Shown here piece after piece: positions 50,166-62,819 of a stretch of DNA of 64,000 nucleotides; within the stretch, counting starts at the first letter, position 1; each line of letters starts with the position of its first letter. The stretch is from Eukaryota sp. GEM-RC1. Its lineage: Eukaryota. Under the pieces are notes generated by a model. The model was not told the DNA's origin, ran no database searches, and saw only the letters and a program-made list of their open reading frames with translations. Location: contig JAUFOQ010000002.1 in NCBI GenBank assembly GCA_040285855.1, positions 372,001 to 436,000 on the forward strand. The letters run 5' to 3'. The position numbers and the translations under genes are program-made.

Positions 50166-50517
50166 AAGAGGGTGGTTGAGTTGTGTGAATTACAATCAAA
50201 AATGTGAACATTCATGATCACTCTCAGTTCATGCTCAGCTGCGCAGTCTGTAAACAAAACTGGTAGATCAGTTGGAAACCGTGTTATTTATCTAATTCAA
50301 CACGTAGTAAATATGTTTGAATAGAACTCTATCTTCATGATATACGAGATCAGTTCATCATAATACTTGCATCAGGAATTCAGATTGATGCAGATGTGTT
50401 AATCATCAATTCTAAATTGGAGCTTCTAATACAAATCAAATGTATCAATTTTACTGCTTCTACATTGTAGTTGATTGATTTCAAATCCAACTCCCTCACT
50501 AAGTATCCTCCTTTTGG

Positions 50518-51405
50518 ATGACATCTCCCAATCCAAAAGTGTTTCTACGGTACAAGTCTTTCTCTTTGACCAAAACAAAGCTCTACTTTGCTCTTTTCTG
50601 TTCTGTCAGTCTTGGATTGATTTTCCTGTACTATTCACTTGATACAAGAACTGTACCTTTGATCCCCTCCAGTACTTTGAATATATCAAACTTCAGATCA
50701 TTTTCGCATGAAGTTGCCATATCTGGAGGCATTGGTTCAGCACACATTTGTGACAAAAGGACAGCTTTCGATGATACTGTTAATCAAACGATCTCTCTTA
50801 ACCTACGAGATTCAAACAAACTTCTTTACAACTTTAATTTGAATGCAGGCTCCAACCTCAACTTAGACTTTAAAAGCCCTTCATTACCAGTGGGTTTAAA
50901 CATTGACGTTTTCAGAGGACACAATATCGTTTTCCGTCGTACATCTGTCTCTCATCAATGCAATGACGGTCACTGCCACGCCTTTGCGAGGGAAACTGAT
51001 GTTTACTGGATCAGATTGTCTCTTGATGGTAGTCAATCATTTAATACTGATTTAGACTGCCATTTCCAACTTAAAACTCACAATGTCAATCACTGTATCA
51101 ACACTTGTACTACTCTAAACAGCTGCCATTTGACAAATCTCCAAGGACAAGATGTCATTCTCAAGGGAGAGACGGAGGAGGAGACAGTTCAGCATCTATC
51201 CATATTAGTTGATGGTGAAGGTGACGGAACAATTCTTTTGGTTTTTGGAATTATTCTCATTGTTGTTGCACTAATTGCTGTTATATTTGTCTTTCTTTTA
51301 AAACCCACTAACATTACAATTGGAACAGAAAACACAGGTAGAAAGCCAACTGCAGGAGCAAGACCAATCCGTTCCTATGACCTTGAACTCGAAATACGGG
51401 GTTAA
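50518..51405 (+). CDS. Two-TM membrane protein, distant relative of the 7.4 and 16.3 kb family
   Basis: Same TM / Cys-containing luminal domain / TM layout. YNFNLNAGSNL aligns by eye with FDVFLNEKSRV, and there is a similar C-terminal Cys cluster; no RG tract. Confidence 0.65.
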   Translation: MTSPNPKVFLRYKSFSLTKTKLYFALFCSVSLGLIFLYYSLDTRTVPLIPSSTLNISNFRSFSHEVAISGGIGSAHICDKRTAFDDTVNQTISLNLRDSNKLLYNFNLNAGSNLNLDFKSPSLPVGLNIDVFRGHNIVFRRTSVSHQCNDGHCHAFARETDVYWIRLSLDGSQSFNTDLDCHFQLKTHNVNHCINTCTTLNSCHLTNLQGQDVILKGETEEETVQHLSILVDGEGDGTILLVFGIILIVVALIAVIFVFLLKPTNITIGTENTGRKPTAGARPIRSYDLELEIRG

Positions 51406-51644
51406 AATTTAAATATTTGAATTCCACATCAGAATTTATTATTCCATGTTTCAAACGCATTAATTCTCTAATTTAAAAACAATTTTACAAGGACAAACAG
51501 AAATGATTTCATCTGAATTCTCAAGTGGAAATGTAACACCATTCAAACAAGCCAATCAAACAACTGTAATCGAAACTGAGTACAATAACCACAATTTTTT
51601 AAATACTCTCAAACAATCAAAGAGACAATCCAATAAACAATTCT

Positions 51645-52674
51645 CTAAACTGACCATTTAACTTCAACTTCGTCTGTTCTCCACCTCTGAGTAACAGTAC
51701 ATTCTTCTAAAGGAATAGACTGACCAGTACTAAAGACCAAAGCTCCTGTATAAGCAATCATTGCACCATTGTCAATACAAAATCTCTCATCCATGGCACA
51801 CACACTTCCTCCTCTCTCGGCAGCCATGATCTCCATCATCTCCTGTAGTCTTGAGTTACATCCTACACCTCCAACAATAAGAACTTCAGAAGACTGGGAA
51901 TGAGCCATTGATCTCTCAGTTACTTCAACTAGCATTGAGAAGAGGGTTTCTTGAAGAGAGAAACAAAGATCAGCTTTAGTTAATCCCTTCTCTTCCATTG
52001 ATGACGTCACCAACTCTAACTGATGGAGAATCCCTCCTAAAGCCATGTCCATTCCTTTAACTCCATATGGGAGAGGTACGAGAACTTTACCTTGCTTGGC
52101 TAGTCTCTCAACGTTTAGACCTGGAGCGGGGTCGTTGGAGATTGAGAGGATTCTAGCAACTCTATCGATACAGTTTCCAATAGCAATGTCAAGGGTTTCA
52201 CCTGCTATGCGATAAGTGCCAAGAGAATAAACAATAATTTGAGTGTTTCCTCCACTTACATAGAGAACAACTGGGTTAGTAGCTCCAGTTACAATCTTAC
52301 CCATTTCAATGTGAGCTACACAGTGATTTACAGGAACTATTGGGATGTTCCATAGAAGGGAAAGGGTGCGAACAACAATGGCAACGGTGTGCAGGCAGAG
52401 ACCTATACCAGGGCCTTTGGTGTAAGCAATACAGTCAAGTTGTTTGGGAGAAAGATTAGCTTCGTTTAGGGCTTCTTTTATGATATCCAGGATATTGAGA
52501 CGGTGGTGTGCAGCAGCATCACCAGGAAGAAAAGCCGTGACCAGGAGGAGAAATATAGGTACGACGAGGATTGGACAGAATAGAACCATCTCCACGAGCA
52601 ATGCCAACACCAATCTTGTTGGCAGAACCCTCAATACCAAGAACGATGAGGTCTTTTAGTGGTTTTGATTTCAT
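51645..52674 (-). CDS. KAE1: tRNA t6A biosynthesis protein Kae1/OSGEP
   Basis: [33 protein letters not shown] and DNGAMIA. One extra base in the A4 run at 52530-52533. Confidence 0.95.
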
Positions 52675-52716
52675 GAAGTTGTGAGGGAACAAAGTAATTT
52701 GCAAGAAAAAAGTCTA

Positions 52717-53307
52717 CACAACTTACAGTAATTAGTGTAAGTGACACTAATTCAAGACTTACACTAATATATGCCAACATAAATTAGTGTAAGTTAGAAA
52801 AATTTAGGACAATACATAAATTCAAATAGATTTCACACTAATGAACATTAATATGAAAAAGAAGCTAATGTGCGGCAGCTCGATCAAAGATATCTCAATG
52901 ATTTTCGACAATTTTGCGTAATGGTTCAGATAGCTGCCCAACAAGTCAAACTCCATTGACAACTTTCGATAGTCACGCCGAATCATTGTCAATTTTGGAT
53001 ATGTAAGACTATTAATATTGCGAGCGTTGTTTACCTCTCGAACAGATTTTCGGGCAAAAGACGCTCTAAGAAGAGAAGGCGAAATTAGATCAATGTCCAT
53101 TGGTTGAATAAGTATGTACTGTATTGGTTCTAGTCTGGAACTTCTAGAACTACTATAAACAAAACTTCTTATGTATATTGTATATTTCAAAGTTTTCGAA
53201 TGTGACACTAATTGTTGCCAAAACTGTTTTCAGTAAGTTTTTGCAACAATTACTGTCACTTACTAGTACACTAATTGGTGAACTTACACTAATTACTGTA
53301 AGCTGTG
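52717..53307. mobile_element. Non-autonomous TIR DNA transposon with TA target duplication (591 bp)
   Basis: 26-bp TIR CACA(A/G)CTTACAGTAATTAGTGTAAGT (1 mismatch), flanked by TA on both sides; ACACTAAT subterminal repeats. Confidence 0.85.
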
Positions 53308-53758
53308 TAGGAATTTTGATCTTAGATTTTGGAAAAATCGAATCGTGTTTGCTATCTTAAAAGGTATGGTGACTTCTGTATCTAGCCCTTTGTTATCTCT
53401 TGGCAGACATTATGAGGATAAGGTAGGTGCGAATTTCCAGATAGGCAATCTGGACTTTGAGGATATTGATTATTACTAGTAGATGTCTGTACACTGTAGT
53501 GTTGTTGTCATAATATAAAAACCTTGGAAAATTATTTTTACCAGAATTACTACAGTAGTACTAGTATGTTATCTAGAATAAAAAAACAGTATGTGAGACA
53601 ATAAATCAATTTTAGAAAAGAAGATCTTTTCAACAATAGAAACAAGACGGAAATCGAAGAACCTATTCAACAAAGAAAGTGAAAATTTACACGCTAAAAA
53701 GCTATCTGGAACAGCTTTCAAGTCAAAAGAAAAAAAGAAACTAAAAACGCTACAAAAC

Positions 53759-56700
53759 CTACCTATTTAACTTCTCCATAACAGCTTTACAAAGCATTTC
53801 TGAATACTTTTCCAAAGTTCTATTTATAGAAGGAGGTACAATCAACTGCCCTGTACTTTCCAAAACCGCAGAAGCTGAAGGTCGCGATAGAGTATCAGAA
53901 AGAGCATTCTGCATGTGAGTGAACACGTCACCAAACTCAGCAGCCAAGGTGAGCTCTCTTTTGATAGAACTTGACTCTCAGTAAGGTCGGTAAAGTTCTT
54001 AAGTAAGTCATTAAAGGTTTCCTTAAATGACTGGAGAGACTTTCTGTAAGTTTCTAGGGGAATTCCATTGACTTTGGGACATGATTCGATTGATTCTTCA
54101 AGATTGTGAGCTGTATTTTTAGAGTGATTGGAATTTGATTGCATGGGGGTCACAAATTCGGAATCAATGTCATCAATAGAATCGTCAGAGTCAGAATCAA
54201 ACTCAAGACTTTCCTCAACTTGATGGCCTGCCTCATAATCATGTTCAATCATTCCAACATCATTGTCCAAAAGAGTCGACATCTTGAGTTCCTCTGAAAC
54301 CTCCTCAATCACGTCATCACCTTCATCATCCGATTGATTGTCAGAGTGTTTGTCAGGTGATTGCGCTTCAGAATCACTGACATGACCTTCTGATTGCTGA
54401 TTCTCAACATCTGATTGAGCAGAGATCACAGGATCAGAGACGTTACTTGATTGTTTCTCTGTTTCTTTCGGAGATGAATCCTGTTGATTATCAGTGACAG
54501 GTTCATTGACATTGACTGTTGATTCTTTGTCCCCATTAGTTTCAACTTTGCTTGGCTCTACTTCTTCTTCAACATTGACTTTTTCCTCCGCTTCTGGCTT
54601 TATAACTTCACTCTTAGGGGATTTTTTCTTCAACTTTTTGACTTTCAACCACCTTTTCTTCTTCAACGGATTCATCCTTGGGATTAAAAACAATTCCCAA
54701 CTTCAACAACTTCTCTCGAGTCTTCATCACTTCACTGGCAAAGACTGAGCTTGACTTTGGATCACTTTGATTGACTTCTTCAGACTTCTTTTGAGAGAAT
54801 TCTTCCTTAACTTCTGGAATTTCCTCTTTTACGTCATCTTTTACTTCAGGAACAACTCTTTTAGCTCCAAAAGGGGTGGATTTCGTCACGTCAACATCTT
54901 CAAAGACTTCCTCCGACTTCTCTCCAAAACCAGACTCATTCTTATCATCAACTACTTCCCTAGTATCATCCAATGAAGGTAAATGAACCAAGCCAAACTC
55001 CTTCATATTCATTTGCCACTTGTTCTGCCTGACCACCTCAACTTCAGCTGGGCTCTCCTTAACAAAGGTTTCTCTATCTTCCTCCACCTCCTGTTCTTCC
55101 TTCTTCCTAGCCCAGGGAGGTAGCATCTTCTCAGCAACGTGGATTAGAGGGATTGCTGGGGGATTAATGAGTTTCCAGCAGAAGAGAATTCCTTCATTCC
55201 CTGCTGAGATAAACAAATCGTCATTAAAAAAGACCGAGTGGATGGATGAGGCGTGACCGTAGCAACGACTCAAAACCGACCCTGATTTCAAATTGATTAG
55301 TCTAATCACGCGATCACCTCCAGCTGATAACAAAAGATTCCCTGAATGGTCAACTTTAAGCTTAGTAGGTTCTGGAGCAGTAGCTACAGCAGCTGGTCTA
55401 AAAGTTCTAATAGTCCTAGCATTCATTAGATCGTAGATTACAATTCTCTTATCTTTAGTACCAATAGCAAGGAACCCAGCAGAAGAACAAGCTATTGACC
55501 TGGTTATTGGAGGGCCAAAAGCAATGGAAAGAACTGCTGAAGTAGTGGGTACCACTTTAGTTGATGAGAGGGTATCAATAGATATTGATTGACTCTCACT
55601 GACTGTGATGGAAACGTGCTTGATTATGACGGAGCCATCAGCAGATCCTGTAACTAGGTAAGTCGAGAACTGATCGTCATCTGATTGGTTGATAGGGGTC
55701 ACAGTCATTGCAGTGATTGGGGAAACACTTTCTGAAAAGGAGGTGATGGTTTCCATTGTATTGCCATTAAAGATAACAACTTTCTTGTCATTACCTGTAG
55801 AAACCCCAATCAAAACTGATGAAAACTGAATAACTTCGAGACAATCAATCACTCCATGATGAAGATTGCCAGTCGTGAGCTGTTCTCCTGTGTTTGAGTC
55901 AAAGGAAGTCACGCGACCATTGCTGAATCCAACAAAGGAAACTTGGGTGTCTGCTGACATGGTAAAACAAGAAGGAAAAATGAAATCTAATTTTAAATTT
56001 TTGGGGATAAATTTAACAATTGATACTAAACCCTTCGAAAACAAAGACTGTCGCTGAACATCTGTTCCAACAGAGAAAGACTTTAGAAGAAGGTCACGTG
56101 AAAACACGTGTTGACACGTTGAACCTGCCACATTTGATTGATGATGACCAATGATTCCACTACAATGATTGACTTCTGCAGACTTCAATGTAAACGTTTT
56201 CTGTTGATAATTAAAATTCCACACATAAACTGACTTATTTGTCAACACCATCGTCAGCTCAAACTGATCATTAGTCAACTGATTTCCACAGAGTGCCACG
56301 ACATCACTCACGTCATCACTCACATCAGTTTTAGAGAACTGAGAGGGACCTTCAGCAGTCAGATCTTGAGTAGAATTAATCATTGGAGGAACAGGAACTG
56401 TAGCAATGAAAGCAAGAGAGTCGCAATGAAACAATCGAAGCAGACCATTCTTTCCACCCACCATTACTAGCTTCCCACAAACATGAAGAGTACTCGGGGT
56501 CATGATCTTAGTATCAACCCACTTCTCAATCAATCTACTAGAGAGACCGAATTGACAGAGCTGACCACGTGAGCTGATTGCAAAGCATGACGTGGCATTT
56601 GAGGAAGAGCTGTAGTATGCTGAGACAAATGCTGAGTTTCTATTGGATCCTAACATCCCCAGTCTAGTTTCTAAACGATCTCCCCCTTCAATGGTCCAAA

Positions 56701-57208
56701 ACTTAACATGGCGGAGACCGAAGGAAGCAAATGAGTTGATTCCTAGCCAAGTACAGTCAAATACTGTAGCCTCAGCAGAAGTAGAGTGAAGGAGAGAAGT
56801 AGAGGATGGAGGAACAAACTCGTGGATTAGGATATTACCTTCAGGGGAAGTGTCAACTGAAAGAATGAAGGAACCAGTTGAGTTCCAAGAAATGGATCCT
56901 ACTTCTCCCTTGTGAGTACAAACAACACGGAAATCATCAGGAGATTTAGGCTTGACAGGTACTATAAGAAGACGGGAGAGACCTCCAGCTTCTCCAACAG
57001 CAATGAAAGAACCAGATGGATGAAAGGAGAGGCATGAGAAGGTAGAACAATTTGAAGGAGTTAGAATGTAGCTATTTGACGGAGATGAAATAAAGATTGA
57101 TGCTCCAACCAGCATGGCAGTTGTTGAAGAAGACCGAGAGTATGCAAGGCCATTAGACCGAGTAATAGTGGTGCCAAAGCAGCAGAAAGGTTCTGCAGAG
57201 GTGGCCAT
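53759..57208 (-). CDS. WDR62/MAPKBP1-like WD40 protein with an acidic tail
   Basis: Multiple WD repeats (RHVKFW, GQLCQF...RLIEKWVD, GHAS..ISAGNEGILFCW). Two homopolymer frameshifts near 54622 and 53960. Confidence 0.75.
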
Positions 57209-57278
57209 TGTACGACAAGCTTTTTGAGGTTTGACAAAATTCCTGAACGCCTTTAACTGCCTTCTATCTCATCTTCTT

Positions 57279-58329
57279 ATGTCAATTCCTGTCCCCATTC
57301 CCGAACATCAGCGGCTGGAGGGCGTCAGTATTGCTCGAGTCTATCCAGAAGTCTGTACTCATCGCCCTCGTGAGTATTGGGATTACGAGACAATGAGTAT
57401 CCCCTGGAACTCTCCCGACCCCTATGAAATCTTTACAAAAATCGGTAGAGGAAAATATTCTGATGTCTTTCAAGGCTTCGATACCCGCACTGAAGAAAAA
57501 GTTGTAATCAAGGTTCTAAAACCTGTATGTTATTCTGCCTTGTATATTTATACCAGGTTCGCAAAAAGAAAATACGCAGAGAAATCAAAATCCTACAAAA
57601 CCTCAAAGGTGGGATCAACATCGTCGAACTTCGTGACTTTGTACGTGATGCACAGAGCAGGGTTCCCTCTCTCATATTTGAACATGTCGATGCTAGTGAT
57701 TTCCGCAGCATTTACCCCACGTTCACTGTCTACGACGTCAAGTTTTACCTCTATGAACTTCTCAAAGCCCTTGACTATTGTCACAGCAACGGAATCATGC
57801 ATCGTGATGTGAAACCCCATAACGTAATGATTGACCATACAAAACGAAAGCTTCGCCTCATTGATTTCGGTTTGGCTGAGTTTTACCATGCCGGTACCAG
57901 CTATAATATTAGAGTGGCCTCCAGGTACTTTAAAGGTCCTGAACTTTTGGTCAATATGCAGGCCTATGACTACTCCCTTGATCTCTGGAGTTTGGGTTGT
58001 ATGTTGGCTGGAATGATCTTCAAAAGGAACCATTCTTCCAAGGAAGAGACAACGTTGACCAACTGGTTAAGATTGCCCGAGTATTGGGATCTGAAGACTT
58101 GAGGGTTTACTGTAAGAAATACAACGTTTCTCTACCATTGGAGCTTGATAGAGCCATAGGGAACTACCCTAAGAAGCCCTGGAATAGATTTATAGTTGCT
58201 GAGAACGAACACTTAGTAACCAAGGAAGCCATTGATCTCCTAGACAAATTGCTCATGTATGACCATCAATTACGGCTTACAGCTGAAGAAGCCATGCAAC
58301 ATCCTTTCTTTGCTGAGGTTGCTAAGTAG
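57279..58329 (+). CDS. CK2a: Casein kinase II catalytic subunit alpha
   Basis: [28 protein letters not shown] and [12 protein letters not shown]. 32-nt intron 57525-57556; one A missing at 58022-58025. Confidence 0.97.
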
Positions 58330-58403
58330 TTATAGTTTGTGTTTTTGTTATTTATACAGATATTCTTTCTCAGTATTTGGAGTTTATGTTGTTCACAAAT
58401 AAT

Positions 58404-59427
58404 CTACTCCACCTTCTCCTGTTCTTCTTCTGCTTTATCCTCGAACTTCCAGAGATCCTTGAAATCTCCAGTGCATACAGCAACTAAAACACAAGTAATA
58501 AGAACTAAAGTGACGATATACAACAATACTGGTTGAGCATGATTAAATCGAAGCATGCAGACAATGGCAATTGTGCAAGCCATAACGTAGCTGAGAAGAG
58601 AAGACGTGTATATGAGCTGACGCTTTCCCCGCAGAGCTTCAAACTTCGAAATCATTCGAAGAAAGATAGCTGGAACAAGAATATCTCCATTACCTAACAA
58701 AGAAAAACGACCTGCTTCAGGGAGAGAAGAAGTAAAGAAAGAAACTGGATAACGAGGGAAGATCAGTTTAATGGGAAGGTCTAGTGACTGAGCAACAGTA
58801 ACCATGAAGGAAGTCTTAAAGACAAAGAAAATGTCGTAAAAGAAGAGACCAACCATGAGAACTGAACCGATTTTGAAGCTGCCAACATTAATTTGTCGGG
58901 TACCAACGAGACAAAATACAACAGAGAATATATTGTTTAAAAATCCAATGTCGTGTTCGAACATAGAAGAAAGCAGTAACAGCAGAAGGAAGAAGACAGA
59001 ACAGAGAAGCATAAGAAACAATAAGTTGTTCTGATGTGAATATCAGATTAATGTTCATTGTTCGTTCTTTAAAGAGTGCGGGCTTCTTGTTTTCGAAGAA
59101 GTAACCCAGAAGAATGGACAATTGATAGGACAATGCAAAACAACTAAGAACAACGAAGTATGCTGTTAAGATACGGTTAACCCAAATTTTGGATAGAAAT
59201 TTGATTGCAACGAACAGAACAGTTAGTGCGGCACCTGCAACAAAGGGAAAGCGGGCAGCGTCTTTCATGGTCATAGAAGCAACTGCGGGTTGGTCCACAT
59301 TGGAGGAAGAAACATATGATGACAAGAAAGTCACCACCGCAGCAGTAATAATAACAATAGAAAACGAAAGATGTTCCTCTGTGAGAGGGATGCCTAATAC
59401 GGAAAACAGGATTTGAGGTTCAAACAT
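58404..59427 (-). CDS. Signal peptide peptidase (A22B GxGD intramembrane protease)
   Basis: YDIFFVF, LDLPIKL, LGNGDI and QPVLLY; one extra base in the A run near 58939-58943. Confidence 0.88.
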
Positions 59428-59482
59428 GAGGATTTGTGGATGTAAATTTTGAGGGAAATTTTGGTAAGTCTAATGATAGAAC

Positions 59483-60172
59483 CAGTGATGACGGGGACCA
59501 CGGTTTCATTCATGGTACCCCATGGTACCCGGGGGTACCGTAAATCCCATGGTGGGTACCACCAGGGTACCATCTGACACGTGTCTCAATTTGATATTGT
59601 TACCTACCCTACGACATGAATCTTTCCTCCACCGAACTTACCTCTTGTTTACAGGTCCTCAAGGCCCCAGGTCGCGTTAATGGCCACCACCACCAAGGAC
59701 AAAATGGATGCCGTTGATTACAATTTCAACCACAGGATTTTGTGTCAACTGGAGTAGAAGAAGCAGATTATGAGCTGGCAATGGAACATAGTGATTTTGA
59801 AGATTCTAAACCTGATGATGCTGATCAATCTCATCAAACAAACTGGGAATTAAAAGCCAACATGGAGGATTTGAACGAAGAAGAAGACTATGGTGATCCA
59901 TTTTTCGTTCGTGCACCTTTTCTGCTGGATCCATTAGACGAATTTGGTGATGACGTGAACAATAATGTCTAGTTATTCTGTATCATACTTTTTATTGTGA
60001 TAAAGTGTTAATTCTATACTGTGTTGTGTACTAGTAGTGTTAAGATGCTATATTAGGCTTTATAAAGGAAGTTGAAAAAACATGGTACCCACATTGGATT
60101 TTTGAAAAGAGGGTACCACGATGGTACCCAAATTTATGGTACTCGGGGTACCATTGGTACCCGTCATCACTG
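59483..60172. mobile_element. Non-autonomous hAT element (690 bp)
   Basis: Perfect 8-bp TSD GATAGAAC (59475-59482, 60173-60180); TIR CAGTGATGACGGG(G/T)ACCA; GGTACC arrays at both ends; acidic ORF remnant inside. Confidence 0.92.
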
Positions 60173-60924
60173 GATAGAACATTGTCTACAGCTGTGGTCC
60201 ATCATGATGTCACTTTTCCTTTGGATATTGTTAACACAGGATAAGTACAGAGAAGATTAAATTAGTCTGAAGAATATTCTAATAAGTTCAGAAAGCTCAG
60301 TATTGAACGTTAACAAAATGTACAATCATTGAACATCTGACATAAGGACTTCTAGATTACAAAAGGGTGGCTTACTATTATAAAAACATTAATGAACAGC
60401 GATGATTTTGACCGTCACAAAGCATATAAATAAACAAAGTGTGAAATTTTGAAAAGGCTGAACATCGAAAGCGTTCTAACTATGCCGATGTTTTAAAGAA
60501 GCTTAATGGTAGTATATTTTCTCAGTTTTCATCTGTTCCATCTGCGATTTCAATTGTTGGTAATATTGGTCCAGCAGGTCCATTGATAGCGACGGGTGTT
60601 GTCTTAATGATAACAAACTGTAGTTGTTTAGTGTACTACATTTAGAATAGGTTAAATCAGTCAAAAAAAAGGTCCTGTGGGTTTAAAAAAATTAGCGGTT
60701 TTAGTATTTTCTGTTGTTCAAATGGCAAGGTTTTTTAATGGCTCTGTATGAATTAATCGAATTTTGTTTGCTCTTTTTAGAAGCACTCCCAAGTAATTAA
60801 GTTCCATTTATTCCAAGTTGTATGGGGATAATTCTCGTGTTGATGTGTAGAATGTAACTGCATACACTTTCTTAATTGAATCTTTTTTTGTCTATGTGTA
60901 TATTTTTTTTATAAATGTAATAGA

Positions 60925-61375
60925 TCAAACAACTAGAATTTGATATCATTAAAACAACACCCGTCGCTATCAAACCTTACAACAGCTTTGTCCTCATAAA
61001 ACGAACTCACTGCTAATAAAGCTTTGGAGATGATTAGGGGAACTGTTTTAAAAACAGTAAAAACGATCCGATTCAACCATAACATATGATCAAAACGTTT
61101 GTTCATCTTATTTTTTACAATTTTTCCGAAATCGTTTAAAAAATTCAATGCACTTTTTCCTAAACGTCCGTAAATTGGAAACAGCAAAGGGCATAATTCG
61201 TACTCAACATGTTTTACATGTTTTAAAGCCAACAATGGTTTTTTGTACTTATCCTGTTTGGCCTGTTCAGAAATGTCTAAAGGAGAAGTTTCAGACGAAG
61301 CGTTCTTTAAAGATGTCTTTTTACAAACATCCACTGACACTACTAGTACATCAACAACAAACAATTTGTCTGAAG
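60925..61375 (-). mobile_element. RLE-type retrotransposon 3' fragment (endonuclease domain)
   Basis: Open frame VVDVLVVSVDVC..EQAKQDKY..LCPLLFPIYGRLG; same family as 21230-21800. A short opposite-strand copy of its 3' end lies at about 60584-60630. Confidence 0.8.
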
Positions 61376-61628
61376 AAGAAGGGAGTTATTTGAATCAGTC
61401 TTCCCTGGATATAGAGTGCCCTCATTTTGGTAGGCACTGCCAAAAACAACACTGTGCGTAAAAGAGCGCATGATATCCAGTGTAGACTGTAATACAGTCA
61501 CTATATGTGTTAACCACGGCAAATATAACTAATAAATAATATATTTACAATTTAAAGACAATTATACTGAACAAGGATAAAAACCGAACAACAGTCAAAA
61601 AACACAATGAAGTAAAAATCTAAAAAAC

Positions 61629-62819
61629 TCATTCGTTTCCTTCTTCATCCGTACTATCTTTCGGAAACAGTGGTCGCATTACCTTTTTCACCAAATAATC
61701 ATCAATTCCAAACACAGTATTATCATCCTTTGTTGAAGATAACCGTTTTCTAGATCCACTAGAGTCACCAGACTCTTTAAAATATCCCCCTAAAGGAGTA
61801 TCCGGATTCAAACTAAACTTTTTGGGCACTGGTTTGATCGGAGTCACTGGTGTAGACGGAGCATTTGTTCGAGCCACATTCTTGGGTGGTGAAGGAGTAG
61901 ATGGAACAGGCGATAGAATTTTTTGAAGCGCTGACTCTTTGTCTATACAAGAAACATTTTGTTGGTATTCATTGAACTGTTCAATAGAAAGATAGTTTGG
62001 TACTGGTGGATATTCATGAAAGTTGAACTGTTGAAGTGGAATTGGTTCATGATGAGATTCATTCTCTTCTTCTAGAACTATCTTCTTGAACAACTCAAGC
62101 GATTTTCTTATTGAATCAATGTAAATAGTTGACAGGTGGAGCCATTGTTGTCTGGGATTTAGTGGAGAACCTATTAGCCAAACTTTTCCCGGCACATGAG
62201 GACACTCCTCGAAGTACTTTTCCACTGCTTTCCTCTCCTTATCCAATGCAAACAAGTCATCTTTTCGCATGTTTAAGTACATCATCTTACTTTTGATCAC
62301 GTTCAGCAGTGACGTTTCAGTCAACTGCAGTCGTGAGAAGTAAGCATGGTACTTGTTAAGATTGGCCAGAATACTTGTTTGAATGATATTTGGATGGAAT
62401 CCTTGATGTCCTGATTTAACAACAAGTCCTAAGGGTTCCATGATGTTACTGGCAGTGGAGATTCTCCTTCTGTCGTGAGAAGTAGCAGTTTCTATCATGA
62501 GACGAGTACAGATTTTTGGATAAGTGTTGATGAGGCTTTGGAAGACATCTTGAGCGACAATGTCAATCTTCTTGGCTGACCGTCCCTTTTTAGTGCTAGA
62601 AGATGGTTCGGTTGGACTGTTTGATCTGGTGTGGTGTTGACTTTGAGAGTCAATGTTACCAGAACTGGCATTGACTTGTTTTCGGGGTTTTGGAACAGGA
62701 GAAAAGGCGGATTGCCCGGACATAAGTTCGAAGTAAAGTTGTGAAGAGGACGGCAAATTGTCGAGTTTTCTCGACTTTTTTCTCTTTGGTACTTCGTATT
62801 TTGTGGGTTCCTTCACCAC
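61629..62819 (-). CDS. E2F/DP-like winged-helix transcription factor (5' end uncertain)
   Basis: RRRISTASNIMEPLGLVVKS resembles the E2F motif RRIYDITNVLEGIGLIEK; followed by a coiled coil and an SP/TP-rich tail. Confidence 0.6.
   Translation of the reverse strand: MVKEPTKYEVPKRKKSRKLDNLPSSSQLYFELMSGQSAFSPVPKPRKQVNASSGNIDSQSQHHTRSNSPTEPSSSTKKGRSAKKIDIVAQDVFQSLINTYPKICTRLMIETATSHDRRRISTASNIMEPLGLVVKSGHQGFHPNIIQTSILANLNKYHAYFSRLQLTETSLLNVIKSKMMYLNMRKDDLFALDKERKAVEKYFEECPHVPGKVWLIGSPLNPRQQWLHLSTIYIDSIRKSLELFKKIVLEEENESHHEPIPLQQFNFHEYPPVPNYLSIEQFNEYQQNVSCIDKESALQKILSPVPSTPSPPKNVARTNAPSTPVTPIKPVPKKFSLNPDTPLGGYFKESGDSSGSRKRLSSTKDDNTVFGIDDYLVKKVMRPLFPKDSTDEEGNE

Noticed and set aside
21869..59427. 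Programmed ribosomal frameshifting or insertional RNA editing to explain the many split genes (eIF3a, ACSL, MMPL, M16, H2B, UTP15, KAE1, WD40, CK2, SPP)
   Set aside because: Indels occur in both directions, mostly in homopolymer runs of different bases, with no shared slippery or stop motif. This is typical of unpolished long-read assembly. Short-read polishing would settle it.
59500..60160. GGTACC, GAACT and TGTATTTT repeat clusters as CRISPR-like arrays
   Set aside because: They are short irregular motifs without repeat-spacer periodicity, lying inside or at the ends of transposon-like elements; best explained as transposon subterminal repeats.
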